A stretch of 64,000 bases of DNA from Podarcis liolepis (Eukaryota). The notes under the pieces are model-generated. The model saw only the letters and a program-made list of their open reading frames with translations. It was not told where the DNA came from and ran no database searches. The DNA lies in assembly GCA_965112155.1 (NCBI GenBank), contig OZ218102.1. One strand, written 5' to 3'. How positions within the stretch are numbered: position 1 is the stretch's first letter; each line of letters opens with the position of its first letter. Shown piece after piece: positions 27,385 through 39,284 of the stretch. The translations under genes and the position numbers were made by a program.

Positions 27385-29377
27385 AGTGTAAACTAAGGAG
27401 GCCCAGATCCACACCACATATTCAAAGCATGTATAACTTCTCCCAAAGAATCTTGGGAACTGTGGTATATTAAGGGTGCTTAGAATTGTGGCTCCGCGAG
27501 GGAGGAACTACAATTCCCAGGATGCTTTGGGGGAAATCATGTGCTCCCCATTGGCCTGAACCAGAGAGCACACACACAAATGAGGCACGCTTAATGGAGT
27601 CAGCCTAGAAAACACTTTATTACCACCCATTAGGGAAGTGCAATTCATTGCATGCTGATGCTGTTTCCCCCAAGAAGTAGGAACAAAGGAAGCTTGCCTT
27701 ACGCTGAGTCAGGCAGTTGTGGTTGTTTGGGTTACTAGGGGTTATTCAAAGCCAGTGATGGGAAGCCTGTGGGGCTTTCTAGATGTTGATGGGCTACGCT
27801 AGTTATCTATTGTTGTTGCTGTTAAAAATACATTCATAAAAATAAAATAGTAATTTTTAAATATATATATTGCTTTATGGGGTGATCAAAGTTGAAGTCT
27901 AACACTATCTGGAGAGCCACAGGGTGCCCGTTCCTGTTCTCAGCATTATTATTAATATAATTAATAACTATTATAATTTATTTACAACCCACACTTCACC
28001 CTAAGATCTGGTGGCAGGTTACAGCATTAAAAAAATAGAAACAATTTAAAACAACTTGCAACCATCAAAATAAGATGGGTCCATGGAAAATTTTTCAGGG
28101 CTGTTCTACCCACATTTGACACTGACTTGGCTATTAATTATGCAGTTTTATTATTTTGTTATTATTAATTATATTGTTTTAAATGTGCAGTTTATATTTT
28201 ACTTCCTTTAGGAGTGTTTTATTCTGAAATGTTTTAAGATTTCTTTTTGTTAACTTATTGCTATGTTAATGTGCATTCTGTAATTGACCTCCTTTGTAAT
28301 GCATTATTTTGAAACCTTTAACATAATATTTTAGTTTCCTGTTAATTATATTGCTTTGAAAGTATACTTTATATTTGACTTTCTTCAGTCATGTTTTATT
28401 CTGGATTGTTTTGTTCAATTTTTTAATGTGTTGTGATTTTTTTCTCTTAAAAATCTAAAGCAGTATGAAATTAATCATCATCATCATTCCAGAGGAACCT
28501 TCAGAATGTCTGTTGGACTCAAAGGAGCATTGCACCACATGAAGGTTTCCCCCAGAACAAGCGTGGATTATTTGACTCTCCAGTTATTTTCAGTTCCTGA
28601 AGAGATGGGCCAACTTCCCTCCCTATTGCTTCTGTGGTTGGCTGCGAAGCCTATTGTGAAAACCTTCAAGGTTACTGAGTACAGTCTATGACTCACTCAT
28701 CTGTGCTAAGGACCAAGTGAAAACCATCAACACTGCAGCTTGACAGGATTTCTATATTGAGCTCCCTGACCAGGCCGCTGAACTTTCAGAGGAATCTCTT
28801 TGGAGCAAAGTTATCAGTATCTACTGACTAGCATAAAGATGAAGGGATTACACCAACAGAGCAGAGTTTACCACAGGGCACCACCTGAGTTAAGGTATCT
28901 CAGTGTCTTTTTTGTTCTCAAGTTATACACTGCTAGATGAGATCTAGATGAGACTCCTGGATCTGGAAGTGGGAATGCCGGGTACAAACCCATGCTCACA
29001 TTGATCCCTGCGCAAAGTTCTTGGACTCTCTGTCTCACCTCATAGCAGAAGTAGACAATCTTTGGGGCAGTTGAGGGACTGCATTCCTTCAGGAGAAAGT
29101 GGTTGAGAAACACATACCAGCAGTGGTGGGTGAGGTCAAAGTGGGTGGGGGGCAAAGCATCAGTGTCCCTATTTTCCAGGGACAGTCCCAGATTTACAGA
29201 AGCCATCCCAGTTTCTGATTTTATCTTGGAATGTCCCACTTTTCCTTAGGATGTCTCTATGTTCATCAGAGACACCTTGGAGGGTATGGAGTTATGTGGA
29301 CCCAATTATGGATGTTTTGATCTGCGTCGAGGTGAAAACATACCTGCATGCTGGCTCAGCCTATTTTTGGAAATGGT

Positions 29378-30120
29378 TCTTAACGGAGAAATCTGAGGGC
29401 TCCCTTGGACAAAAAAACAAGGACACCAGCCAGGAGTACCAGGGCAAAACAGCAGCGAGTAGACTTGGTCTTTATTGAAGACTGTCGTGACAGGACTTCC
29501 ACCTGCCACAAGGTGAAACAAGATGGAAGCCCCGAACAAAAGAGCACCCAAACTTTTATTAGTTGCTAATCCCCATGTTACATCCCCCCCAACTACATCA
29601 CTAATACATCATGGTTACATCATGAAAGGGGAGGTCTGGTGGCAGTAATCTGAGCATCCTGGACCCTGCCCCATGGTTCTCCTTGCCTTCCATCAAACAC
29701 CCATCAAGTGTACACAAAATAGATATTTACATTTCCCTGCTTCCCAGCCAATCACACCTTTTTGTCTTCATCTGGGTTTGTTATTTCTGGAATGGCTACC
29801 TGTCTGGCACTCAGGTATCAGGATGCCAGGAATTATCACTCAGGCAGAGGGGCTGCTGAGTAGCTGAGCTCACATGTCTATATGAATTTCTGAAGTTTTC
29901 CCAGTGAGCCAGTACATAGATACATTTTTCAGTGAATTCTTACATTTGGTATCCTGCAGCAAAGGCCCTTTGAATAGATAGGAAGAAAATATGATGAAGT
30001 GTTTTGTGGGGAGAAATCACAAAAGTGATTGTGCTAATTTTGGTAGTGTGCTGCATGTGCATGATATCTGCTGGAGGGGCAACCCTCCCCCCCCCCACCT
30101 ATACATAAATTCCTGCAACA
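29378..30120 (-). mobile_element. Probable solo LTR
   Basis: Minus strand starts TGTTGCAGG; 4-bp TSD TGGT (29374-77, 30121-24); minus-strand AATAAA at about 29471 and 29555. The other terminus is imperfect (GA rather than CA). Confidence 0.5.
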
Positions 30121-30739
30121 TGGTAAACTGCACTTTGTCCATCTGGCGGAACTTCCACATAGCTATACCCATCCCCCGATGCTCTTGCTCTCAGGTGGGA
30201 GAGGCCGGTGAAGCAGAATCTGTAACCTTGAAGATGCCATGCTTGGGAACATTCTGGCTCTTGGGCATATTTCTCAGAAAGCATTTTCTTAAGCAGGCAA
30301 AATCAACACAAGGTTTCAGAGAAGAAGCATTTCCAAGAGGTGGGTGGAATGGCACTATGTGCCATGTATCAGCTGATACGCTGACTGACCTCTGGGGAAG
30401 GGCCCAAGCTCTGTGGTAGAACATCTCACTTATGTGCAAAAGTCCAGATTCAATCCCTAATGTCCCCAGTCTCAAACTCTGGAGAGCACCGTAGATAATA
30501 CTGCACTGGATGGATTTATGCTCTGACAAGGTATGAGACAGCTTTCTAGGTTCTTCGCAGATTTCAGAATAGCCTTATTGCTCTACACAGCTGCCCTGGG
30601 CCTAGGAAACAGAAGTGGCGTAGTTTAGGCAATTGGGAGATTATCAAATAGGCTAGTGGGGTAAAGGAGCTTTCAGGAGACATTTGCTTGCGAAAGCTTA
30701 ACAGCACATTTTTTTTCTGCACCAGGAAAGTGACAGATA

Positions 30740-31650
30740 ACAGCGCAGGAAGCGAAGGAGCCTTTGCAGCTAGCAAGGGGTTAATGTTCCCAGACGACCA
30801 AGCTGGACAGGTCAACAAGTTGCCTAGCAAGCGCACGAGTTTAAGGGCTGTACGAGACGATGCTGGAACAGGAGGTCACAATCGTTCATCTAAAGATTAA
30901 CTAGGAGGCTGCGTGGCGACGGGATCCTCCTGGAGGTCCCCACCCCACCCCGCTCCTCACCCAATCAGAGAGAAGACCAGCCACGCTCAGCGACCAATAC
31001 GGAATCGGTTACCTTCTGCCACCCACTCCAGCCAATCCGGAGCGTGCAATGCAGTTGATGGTCCGGTGGGCAGGGTCTCTTCGTGGGTTTAAATCCTGCG
31101 TTAAAGTGCTCTGGATAATAATAATAACAACAACAACAATTCCATTGCGCGAGCATAGCAGGCCTGTTGTGGGGGCGGAGAACAGCTGAGCCGACTTGCT
31201 AGGGAACCTCGCAAAATACTGCGATCACTGCAAGGGTTGCTATTTACATACCTCCCGATTCCACGCTTGCTCTCTTTGCGCTTCTTCCCCTGCTCGCTTT
31301 TTGCAGCCAGCTGACTGCAAACATCGCCAGCCGGAGGAGGAGGAGGAGGCGTGGCGAAGATCTGGCCTGCCAGCCAATCCGGGCCGCTCGTTCTCCCTCG
31401 ACGTCACCTTCCCTCGAACCTGCGGCAGCAACAATAACAATAACAGACGGGATCTCTCCCTGGGGTCGATCAGCTGGGCGTGCGCGGCTGGCTCCCGAAA
31501 CAGGCAGCATCTGCTACTGTCAGCGGCGTCAGCGGGAAGAGAGCAGCCGAGAGAGAGAGACTCCAAAATAGACGCGCTTCTTTCCCAGGAGCCATGTCGT
31601 CGAGCGAGGGGCTGGGGGTGCAAGAGGAGAACTTGCAGGGTAAGGGATCG
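30740..31650 (+). promoter_or_regulatory. BNIP3: BNIP3 CpG-island promoter / 5' UTR
   Basis: High CpG density. CCAAT boxes at 30961, 30994, 31032, 31374. RCGTG cores at 30911, 30982(rc), 31042, 31262(rc), 31349, 31478. Forkhead-type TATTTAC at 31241. CRE-like GACGTCAC at about 31400. Confidence 0.75.
31594..31639 (+). CDS. BNIP3: BNIP3 coding exon 1 (MSSSEGLGVQEENLQG)
   Basis: gccATG at 31594 in a CpG-rich region; resembles the BNIP3 N-terminus (QEESLQG); donor G|GTAAGG at 31640; 46 nt, phase 1 fits exon 2. Confidence 0.93.
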
Positions 31651-32679
31651 GCCTCCTTGTCATGAAATCAGTAGTATCCTTAAGGGCCTCCTTTACCATT
31701 GGGCCTCTACTGGGAGAAGTCTTACTGGGGGAAGGGTGGGAGATAGGCTCTTCTCCTTGGCTGATCAGAGGCAGAGATACAGTATTGGGCATTCCTGCTC
31801 GCCTGGTTTCTGAACCCCAGAGATTTCTCCAAGTCACTCTTTCTTTGCTTTCCTTTTCTCCCCTTCCCCTAACGGGGTTTGCGATTCTGAAATTCGTGGG
31901 GAAATGGCACTGGTAGGAGAAGCAGACGGATGGAATGGCGAAATGCCAGGGTGAAAGCTTGCCCCCGATTCCTGGCCAAGGCCCTCTCGGTTTGGTAGGG
32001 CTGTCGATAACTTGACTTCTCTCTAAGATTTGGAAATGTGCTGCTGCTGCTGCTGCTCCTCCTCCTCCGCCTCGCACCGACCGTGTAATGCTCCTGGCCA
32101 GCTGAAGTGCCAACCAGGAGGGCAAGTATTGTTCAGACACAGGGCTGTGTAGCTCAAGGCCTTCGAAGTACAGGACGGGCAGATCCAGGGCACTTTTTTT
32201 TATTGTTGCGAGAGTCATCCCTGCTATCTCCCATCTGTGCTCCTGACACCTTTGCCTGCATGACTCATAGGCCCTTTACTCAGAACTTTGTGCAACGTTT
32301 GTGGCTGTAAATAATTGGCCTTCGGAAATTATTGACATACGGTGCTTGTTCAAGGAGCCGCAGTCCTGGGTTTTATGACCAACATACAATGAGAAACCTG
32401 AAGGTAGATTGTAACATGAAAGGGAATTTCCCTGTTGACTTCAGTGGGATGTAGATCGTACCAGTAATTGGATCATTAAGTAATAATAACAGAACCAGGG
32501 TGTATTGCTAAATATGAAGTCCGTTGCAAAGCGGATGTGCTGGTATTGATTTATATTATTCTTATTGTTGCACTGTTTAGGGAAGCTTTTAATATATGAT
32601 GAATTATTGTATTTTAATCTTTTGTTGGAAGCCGCCCAGAGTGGTTGGGGAAACCCAGCCAGATGGGTGGGGTATAAAT

Positions 32680-32809
32680 NNNNNNNNNNNNNNNNNNNNN
32701 NNNNNNNNNNNNNNNNNNNNNNNNNNNNNNNNNNNNNNNNNNNNNNNNNNNNNNNNNNNNNNNNNNNNNNNNNNNNNNNNNNNNNNNNNNNNNNNNNNNN
32801 NNNNNNNNN
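32680..32809. other. Assembly gap (130 N) in BNIP3 intron 1
   Basis: Run of N starting where an L2 tail microsatellite would begin. Confidence 0.99.
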
Positions 32810-35522
32810 TTTCTACCAAGCCTGAAATGATTTTAGCGACACATCACCTGATTCTTGTGAAGCATGTGATTTCATGTATGTGCAGTTAAAATGCAGAGTT
32901 AAATGTGCTGAGGACTGTGATATACAAAATGCATATGAGCTCCCTAGATGTAGCGCTGCAAAAATAATTATGCAAGAAGCAAAAATCTTCCAGTCTGTAC
33001 CGTTGTGATCTTAATACATTCATATAGGTCTGCCCCACCTACACTGTAGTGACTAGAGCGGATGCATAGGCCCTATCCTCCTTAAAAAAAAAAAAGAAGA
33101 AGCTTAAGGGAAGTGAAATCAAACTAGCGGCTGTAAATGTAAAACTTGCACAGTATATGAAACATCCCACTGCACCATCAGCCATACTTTTAGATTTCTT
33201 TTTAAATTTAATTTTCTTGCCTGGTATTTTGAATGTATAGGGTACACTGGCAGAATTCTTGCTGGGTTGTAGTTGTCTTTTTCTGAAATACAAAACAAGG
33301 AGAAAATAAGTTGTAGTTTGTAGTCTTTTCCAAACTCTACTTCAGCTTATTTCCCACGATCTGTGGAAGAACATCTCCTGCAAGCCTGCTCCATAGTTAC
33401 TCACAGGAGACTTTTAGTGTAGCTGTCCTCTTCTGTGAAATAGCATTCCTTTTGCTCTACAGCAGGTGGCAACTATCTGCATTTTCCAAGCTGGAGAAAT
33501 GAGTCTTTGCTGTGTCTGTTTTGTATGGTGTCAGTTTTGTTTTAAATGTGTTTACTGTTTGTGTGTGTGTTTTTAAAATTGTTTTTATGGTACATCACCT
33601 TGGGACTGTTGCGTAGAAGGCAATTAATACATTAATGACCACGATATCAAATCTGACTGCCACCTTGTGCTTCTACTAAGAGTTCTGTTAGCTGGCTTCT
33701 CTTCCCCTCTTTCTGCGGTAGAAATTCAACTGGTGCAGCTTCCCTCACAGAATGGGATTCTGTTGCTTGGGAAAGCTTCAAGACCTAGCAGGCAGAAGCG
33801 CAGGCTGGCAGCTGTCTGTTTATGCCATGTGACTGAAAACTGTTGGTGCCTTTTATAACTTTTGTTTTGAAAGAGGGTATTTCACAATTCCCAGGGGCTG
33901 TTTATTTTTCAAAGTGACCCAGAAGGACTTGTTCGCTCAGGAGATATTATGTAGTAGGTGGTATAATATATAATCTGTAGGCTATTTATAGCTTCAATCT
34001 GGCAACAGGGATGCCTGCGGTTGTTTGACATGTTGCTTGTGCTGGTCCCCCCTCCCCCTTTTTTAACTTCCTTCCTTCTCCTGCTACTAAGTATCCTGGG
34101 GATTTTAGTCCCCAGAAGCAGGCCACAGACAAGGACAATGAACTGATTTGTAAGATGCCTTTATTGTGCATAATAAAGACTTACTGAATCTGAACAGAAA
34201 GATTCAAAATGCTGTATAATTAGTCTCAGCCCCCATATCCACATTTAATTTTAAAAACCTGCGTTTATGGTAGGGATTGGAGACATGCAGTATTCGGATG
34301 CTGTTTCTTCCACAGGAAAAAAGTGGCAATTTCTCACATACTGTTCTTAAGCTATGGACACCCATATTTCGTTTGTGGTTCATAGAAGTAGTTTTGCTCA
34401 ATAAAGAACCACAAATACTTGTCTTGAACAGGCTGCCTTCCATCTAGATTGTTTCTGCATCCTGCCCTCCATAAGAGTGGGTGTGGTTACGTCCTACGGA
34501 CTTGAAAACCCTCCCCTTGGTTAGATTAGCTATGCCTTTTCTGCCCTGCCTATGCCTCAGGTGAAGGAGGAAGTGGCGATTGTGGTCTTGGTATATGCCA
34601 GCCCACAACGTCCTTGGGCAGCTGCCTTCATCCATTTTCAAATGGACGCTCTGCTGGGTAATGCAGAATCAATTCAGCTTTTATTTTTGGAATGAAGTCA
34701 GTTTGTGGGAAAGTGCTTTTCAAGGGCATGAAATATGTAATAGGTCCATATTGTGTGCCAGCTAGGTAGAGGGAACCCCCTCCCCCAATATCCTGGTGTG
34801 CATTGAATGTAGAATATAATGTGTGCATGGAGCCTTATATTTGTCAATATCTAGCTGAATTAAAATTGTGCTTTTCCCGGCACTGTGGCTGATGGAAAGA
34901 CAACCCATGAATGTATAAAGCAGCCCGGGACTTGCAATGCTTAAAAAGGAAAAAGGAAATAGAGTCTGTTTGTTAATCCAGATTCCAAGCCAAGTATCAC
35001 TACCATGTTTGGAATACTGAATGCATTTTCTGCTACTAAGAATCCTACTCACACTTTGCACCTGTGGATCATTTTCCCCCTTGGAGGTCCTCTTCTACGC
35101 CTCCAGAAAACAAAGTAAATCAAAATAGGTCAGCGTATTTGATAGCCCATTTCTGACTGGTTCATCTGACGTCCCTAATCTGCACATGCTTTTTTGCAGA
35201 TTTCATACACAGTAGGGTCTTCTGTTGTGGGAACTAGGTGATCTTCAAAAGGACCATCAAGTGTGGTGCTGGTGTTGAGACAGCATAGGGTGAAGACCTA
35301 ACTCCTGTGCTCTGATGGTGACTGAAAAGGCTTCATCATTGCAGGATCCTATTAGAGCAGAGATTTATTATTAACAGGCAATACTCTGCTCATTTCCTGG
35401 AATGCAAGAAGGAGGCCATTAAGCCAGGCTTGGAACAGAATGCCGGCAAGTGAAACTGCTTGAAGGCTTCCCAATATGCAATTGTGTGGCTTTTGTTTTG
35501 TTTCTGAACATATGCCAAACAG

Positions 35523-35700
35523 GTTCCTGGGTGGAGCTGCACTTTTCCAGCAACGGGAATGGTAACGGTGCCCAGCCAACAAGCCAGGAGCAAGGCCCAG
35601 CCTCGATTTCTATTCACAATGGTGACATGGAGAAAATCCTTCTAGATGCCCAGCATGAGTCTGGAAGAAGCAGCTCACGAGAGAGCTCCCATTGTGACAG
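35523..35700 (+). CDS. BNIP3: BNIP3 coding exon 2 (LIR motif SWVEL ... [25 protein letters not shown])
   Basis: AG at 35521-22, GT at 35701; translation carries the WVEL LC3-interacting motif and [13 protein letters not shown]. Confidence 0.97.
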
Positions 35701-35925
35701 GTACAACAAAAGAGATAGCACTTGCTCTTTTCAAAGGATACACACTCCTATATATTTGCATGTAGTCTTAAGAGGCTGGCAGATCTGTGAGATGATGTAA
35801 GTGGCCCTGATCCAATCAGTGTCTCCGGATAAGAGCTGAGGCCACTCCCATACCTTCCAAGTGTCCCCATTTTCCAGAGATAGTCTGGGTATTATGAAAG
35901 CTGCCTCAGCTTCTGATTTGACCCT

Positions 35926-36276
35926 AAAGGTAAAGGGACCCCTGACCATTAGGTCTAGTTGTGGCCGACTCTGGGGTTGCGGCGCTCATCTCGCTTTATT
36001 GGCTGAGGGAGTCGCCGTACAGTTTCCGGGTCATGTGGCCAGCATGACTAAGCCGCTTCTGGCGAACCAGAGCAGAGCACGGAAACGCCGTTTACCTTCC
36101 CACCGGAGCGGTACCTATTTATCTACTTGCACTTTGACGTGCTTTTGAACTGCTAGGTTGGCAGGAGCAGGGACCAAGCAACGGGAACACACTCCGTTGT
36201 GGGGATTCGAACTGCCGACCTTCTGATCGGCAAGTCCTAGGCTCTGTGGTTTAACCCACAGCGCCGCCCACGTCCC
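35926..36276 (-). mobile_element. Sauria SINE, full length, in BNIP3 intron 2, nested in an older repeat
   Basis: Complete element; TSD TTCTGATTTGACCCTA / TTTTGATTTGATCCTA. Confidence 0.92.
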
Positions 36277-36950
36277 TTTTGATTTGATCCTAGAATGTCT
36301 CTATTTACGGACTTGTATAAGAGTAAAAGACAATTGGGAAATGATCCATAATGAATTGGAAAAAAAAAATGTTTAAAAGTACTTTCCTAAAACCCCCGGA
36401 TAATTCAGACTGAAATTTCCAGGTGTCAGAAAAGGTTATTTATGTATGCTGCTACTGTGGCCCGTGTTTTGTTAGCCCCAAAATGGAAAACAAGTGATTA
36501 GGGTACTGTTGATGTAGTAATGGTGACACTTGCCCATCGTCTGATAGGAAATGCTTTGCGGGGGTGGGGACGCACAAAATGGGGGCTCAAGGAGGGTCAG
36601 TTGGTGGCGAGTGAGAAATGAGGAATGTTGGAGGGTATGCACTCCCAGAACTTCAGCATTCTTCTTCTATGCTTATCTTGAGAGTATTTATTTCCTCCAT
36701 TTTAATCTTCCAAGTAGCTCAGAAGGCAGAGTTCTTCACAAAGGCACACCCACCCACATGTTTTGTCCTCACAACAACCCTGTGAAGTTGGTTAGGCTGA
36801 GAGATGGTGGCTGGCTCCAAGTCACCCAGTGAACTTAGTGGCTGAGTTATGGCATCTGAATCTGAACTGTCTTGGTCCTGCAGCTAAAGCAACAAAATCT
36901 AGAAACCTTGTTCTATGTGGGTTAATGCCCTGTAACTTCTCTTTACCAAG

Positions 36951-37035
36951 TCCTCCTCGATCCCAGACGCCTCAGGACGTTCACAGAGCTTCTGAAGTCG
37001 AGAGCCGTGGCAGTGGAGAAAAGAACAGCTCTCAG
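36951..37035 (+). CDS. BNIP3: BNIP3 coding exon 3 (SPPRSQTPQDVHRASEVESRGSGEKNSSQ)
   Basis: AG/GT boundaries, 85 nt, frame continuous. SPPRSQTPQD and GEKNSSQ are BNIP3-type rather than BNIP3L-type. Confidence 0.96.
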
Positions 37036-37209
37036 GTAAAGCCGAGCCTTTTCTGAAGATTGCCAGATGGCCGAGAGCCTTTTCCAAGCCATCGAATAGT
37101 CTGGTGCAGGGATGGGGAACCTGTGGAAATGGCCAAAGAAGCTGAATAGGTGTACCCCCACTCACTTTAGAAATAGCATCCAAACCAATTGATTATATCT
37201 CTCTTTTAG

Positions 37210-37316
37210 TCTGAGGAAGATTTTCAGGAAAGAAGGAAAGAAGTTGAACAGCTTTTGAAGAAAAATTCTGACTGGATGTGGGACTGGTCCAGCAGGCCTG
37301 AAAACATTCCACCCAA
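37210..37316 (+). CDS. BNIP3: BNIP3 coding exon 4 ([36 protein letters not shown]; BH3-like/conserved domain)
   Basis: ctcttttag acceptor, AA|GTAAGT donor; [16 protein letters not shown] motif. Confidence 0.97.
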
Positions 37317-37415
37317 GTAAGTGTGACAGAAGCTGCCTTGATTCCCGCTGGTATGTACAGAATATGGTGACAGACCTTTACAGATTGGATTCTTTCTTTT
37401 CTCGTCACAAACTAG

Positions 37416-37565
37416 GGAATTTCTGTTTAAACACCCCAAGCGCACTGCTACCCTCAGCATGAGAAACACGAGCGTGATGAAGAAAGGGGGCATCTTCTCT
37501 GCGGAATTTTTGAAGGTTTTTCTGCCATCTCTGTTGCTTTCCCATCTGCTTGCCATTGGATTAGG
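37416..37565 (+). CDS. BNIP3: BNIP3 coding exon 5 ([50 protein letters not shown]; transmembrane domain)
   Basis: Follows a 99-nt intron; matches the BNIP3 TM region with the SH..A...G...G dimerisation motif; GG|GTAAGG donor. Confidence 0.97.
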
Positions 37566-38862
37566 GTAAGGAGTCCTTCAGTCAATTCAGTGTGGAGATT
37601 GTAGGGGACCAGATGTCTAGTATGCTTCTCCCAGAAACTTATGTGTTGACTAATTTACACGAAGAAAGAGTAACACAGAAATACGGTGCTCATTTTTTTT
37701 AAGGCACAGAGATGGCTTTATAGTTGAAAAACTAGGCTCACTACGCTTTGGCCCATTTCAAAATGTTTTGATCCATGGCAGGGATGGGGAACCTGATTTT
37801 GCTGAACTACAAATCCCATTACTGTGACCATGCTGGATGGGTCTTTTGTAGTCCAGCATCTGGAAGACAGGCTCCCCATTCCTGATCTACAAGATAACTT
37901 GCAGTGAAAACTCCATCAAAATGTAATTTACCCATCATGATCAAATATGGTTACATGGACAGAATCTGCATTCAGGGAATCATTCAATAAGTCTTTGGGG
38001 TGATATTTGAGGTTTATGGTAGACACCGGTGTTATAAAACAAAATGGGGTAAAATCTCTTCCTTTTTTTAAAATGATGACAGCAAAAAGAAGACAGATCT
38101 GTGCTATAAAGATATAGGGTGATGATCAGTTTTCAGATATTAGAATGTGCAGAATTGTAATTGCTGCTGAGTGAATGGCAGCAATGGAATGACATCTCCT
38201 TCATCCCAGATTGGTGGCAGCCATGACATTTTATCACAGCCATAAAACATGAAATCTGACTTTGTAGTAGCTTTGCCTCTGATCCTTGAAGTGGACCAGA
38301 TTTTACCCCCACCCCCACCCCCAAGTTTGTTTTTTCAGTGCCTCGATATTTCGCATTTTGTCATCTGATGCGAGTGGCGTAGAGATGTGTGCAAGGTATT
38401 GAGTGATGTCCAGCGATGTGCATCTGGAGTTCCACTCATGCATCAAAACCTCCCCATTTTCCCTTGCACTCCCCCAAACCCCCCAGAGCAGATTTTGAGG
38501 GTGCCGGGTAGAAGGGAGGCCAACAAGAGGAAGTTCTGTTCTATAAGCAGAAATCTGCTATACGAGTAGGCACAGGAGCACTGGATGCAATCCATTGGAA
38601 ACAGACATCCAATGGAGGCTATTTCAGCCATGCAAGTAAGCTCACAACTATTACTTGCTCACATGGACACGACCCAGATGGAGCTAAGTTTTCCAAGCTT
38701 TTAAAGGCTTCCTTGAAACTGCCTAGAAAAATGATAAGGCTCCCACCATCAGGAAGTGTGTGAGGAAAATGTGCTTCCAGCCCCCTATCCCACAGGGTTC
38801 AGCAGGCCCCTCTAACCCTCCTGGTGTGTTAGGATGGGAAGCTTTCCTTTCTTCGGTTAACC

Positions 38863-39048
38863 CAGGGGTTGTCAGCCTGGTCCCTATCGCCCACTAGTGG
38901 GTGTTTCAGGATTCTGGGTGGGTGGTAGGGGGTTCTATGGCACAAGCTGAATCCTCCTTCCATCGAGCACTGGTGGGCGATAAGAAAAATTTACCATCAA
39001 GAAAGATGCATTAGTGGGTGGTAGGTATAAAAAGGTTGACTACCCCTG
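38863..39048. mobile_element. hAT (Charlie-like) MITE in BNIP3 intron 5
   Basis: TIRs CAGGGGTTGTCAGCCT / AGGTTGACTACCCCTG; TSD GGTTAACC / GCTTAACC. Confidence 0.8.
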
Positions 39049-39229
39049 GCTTAACCTTTCCCAGCCAATTCTTAGTGGCTTAGAAGGCTGGATCCTTTGT
39101 GGTATCAGATTCCCACCAATTTTATAGCACAGTGAGTAGTCAAAGTAAGAGGGAAAGGAAGTTCCCTACCATCTTTCATCTTTCAAAATTAAGCAGAGCA
39201 GTTACTGGCTGTCTTTTTGTTGGTCTCAG

Positions 39230-39284
39230 GATTTATATCGGAAGACGGTTGACAACTACAGCTTACAGCACCAGCTCGTTGTAA
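39230..39284 (+). CDS. BNIP3: BNIP3 coding exon 6 (IYIGRRLTTTAYSTSSL*)
   Basis: tctcag acceptor; IYIGRRL tail-anchor end; TAA at 39282-84. Spliced CDS is 621 nt, 206 aa. Confidence 0.96.

Noticed and set aside
30961-30985. ER stress element (CCAAT-N9-CCACG)
   Set aside because: The spacer is 15 nt, not 9.
31196-32218. Long ORFs (205 aa +, 229 aa -) over the BNIP3 promoter
   Set aside because: Low-complexity products of GC-rich, stop-poor DNA with no recognisable domain; the 205-aa ORF starts at a non-ATG codon.
31594-39284. BNIP3L/NIX plus PPP2R2A assignment
   Set aside because: The short N-terminus, SPPRSQTPQD, the FQDKIN ending and the convergent orientation all fit BNIP3 plus PPP2R2D.
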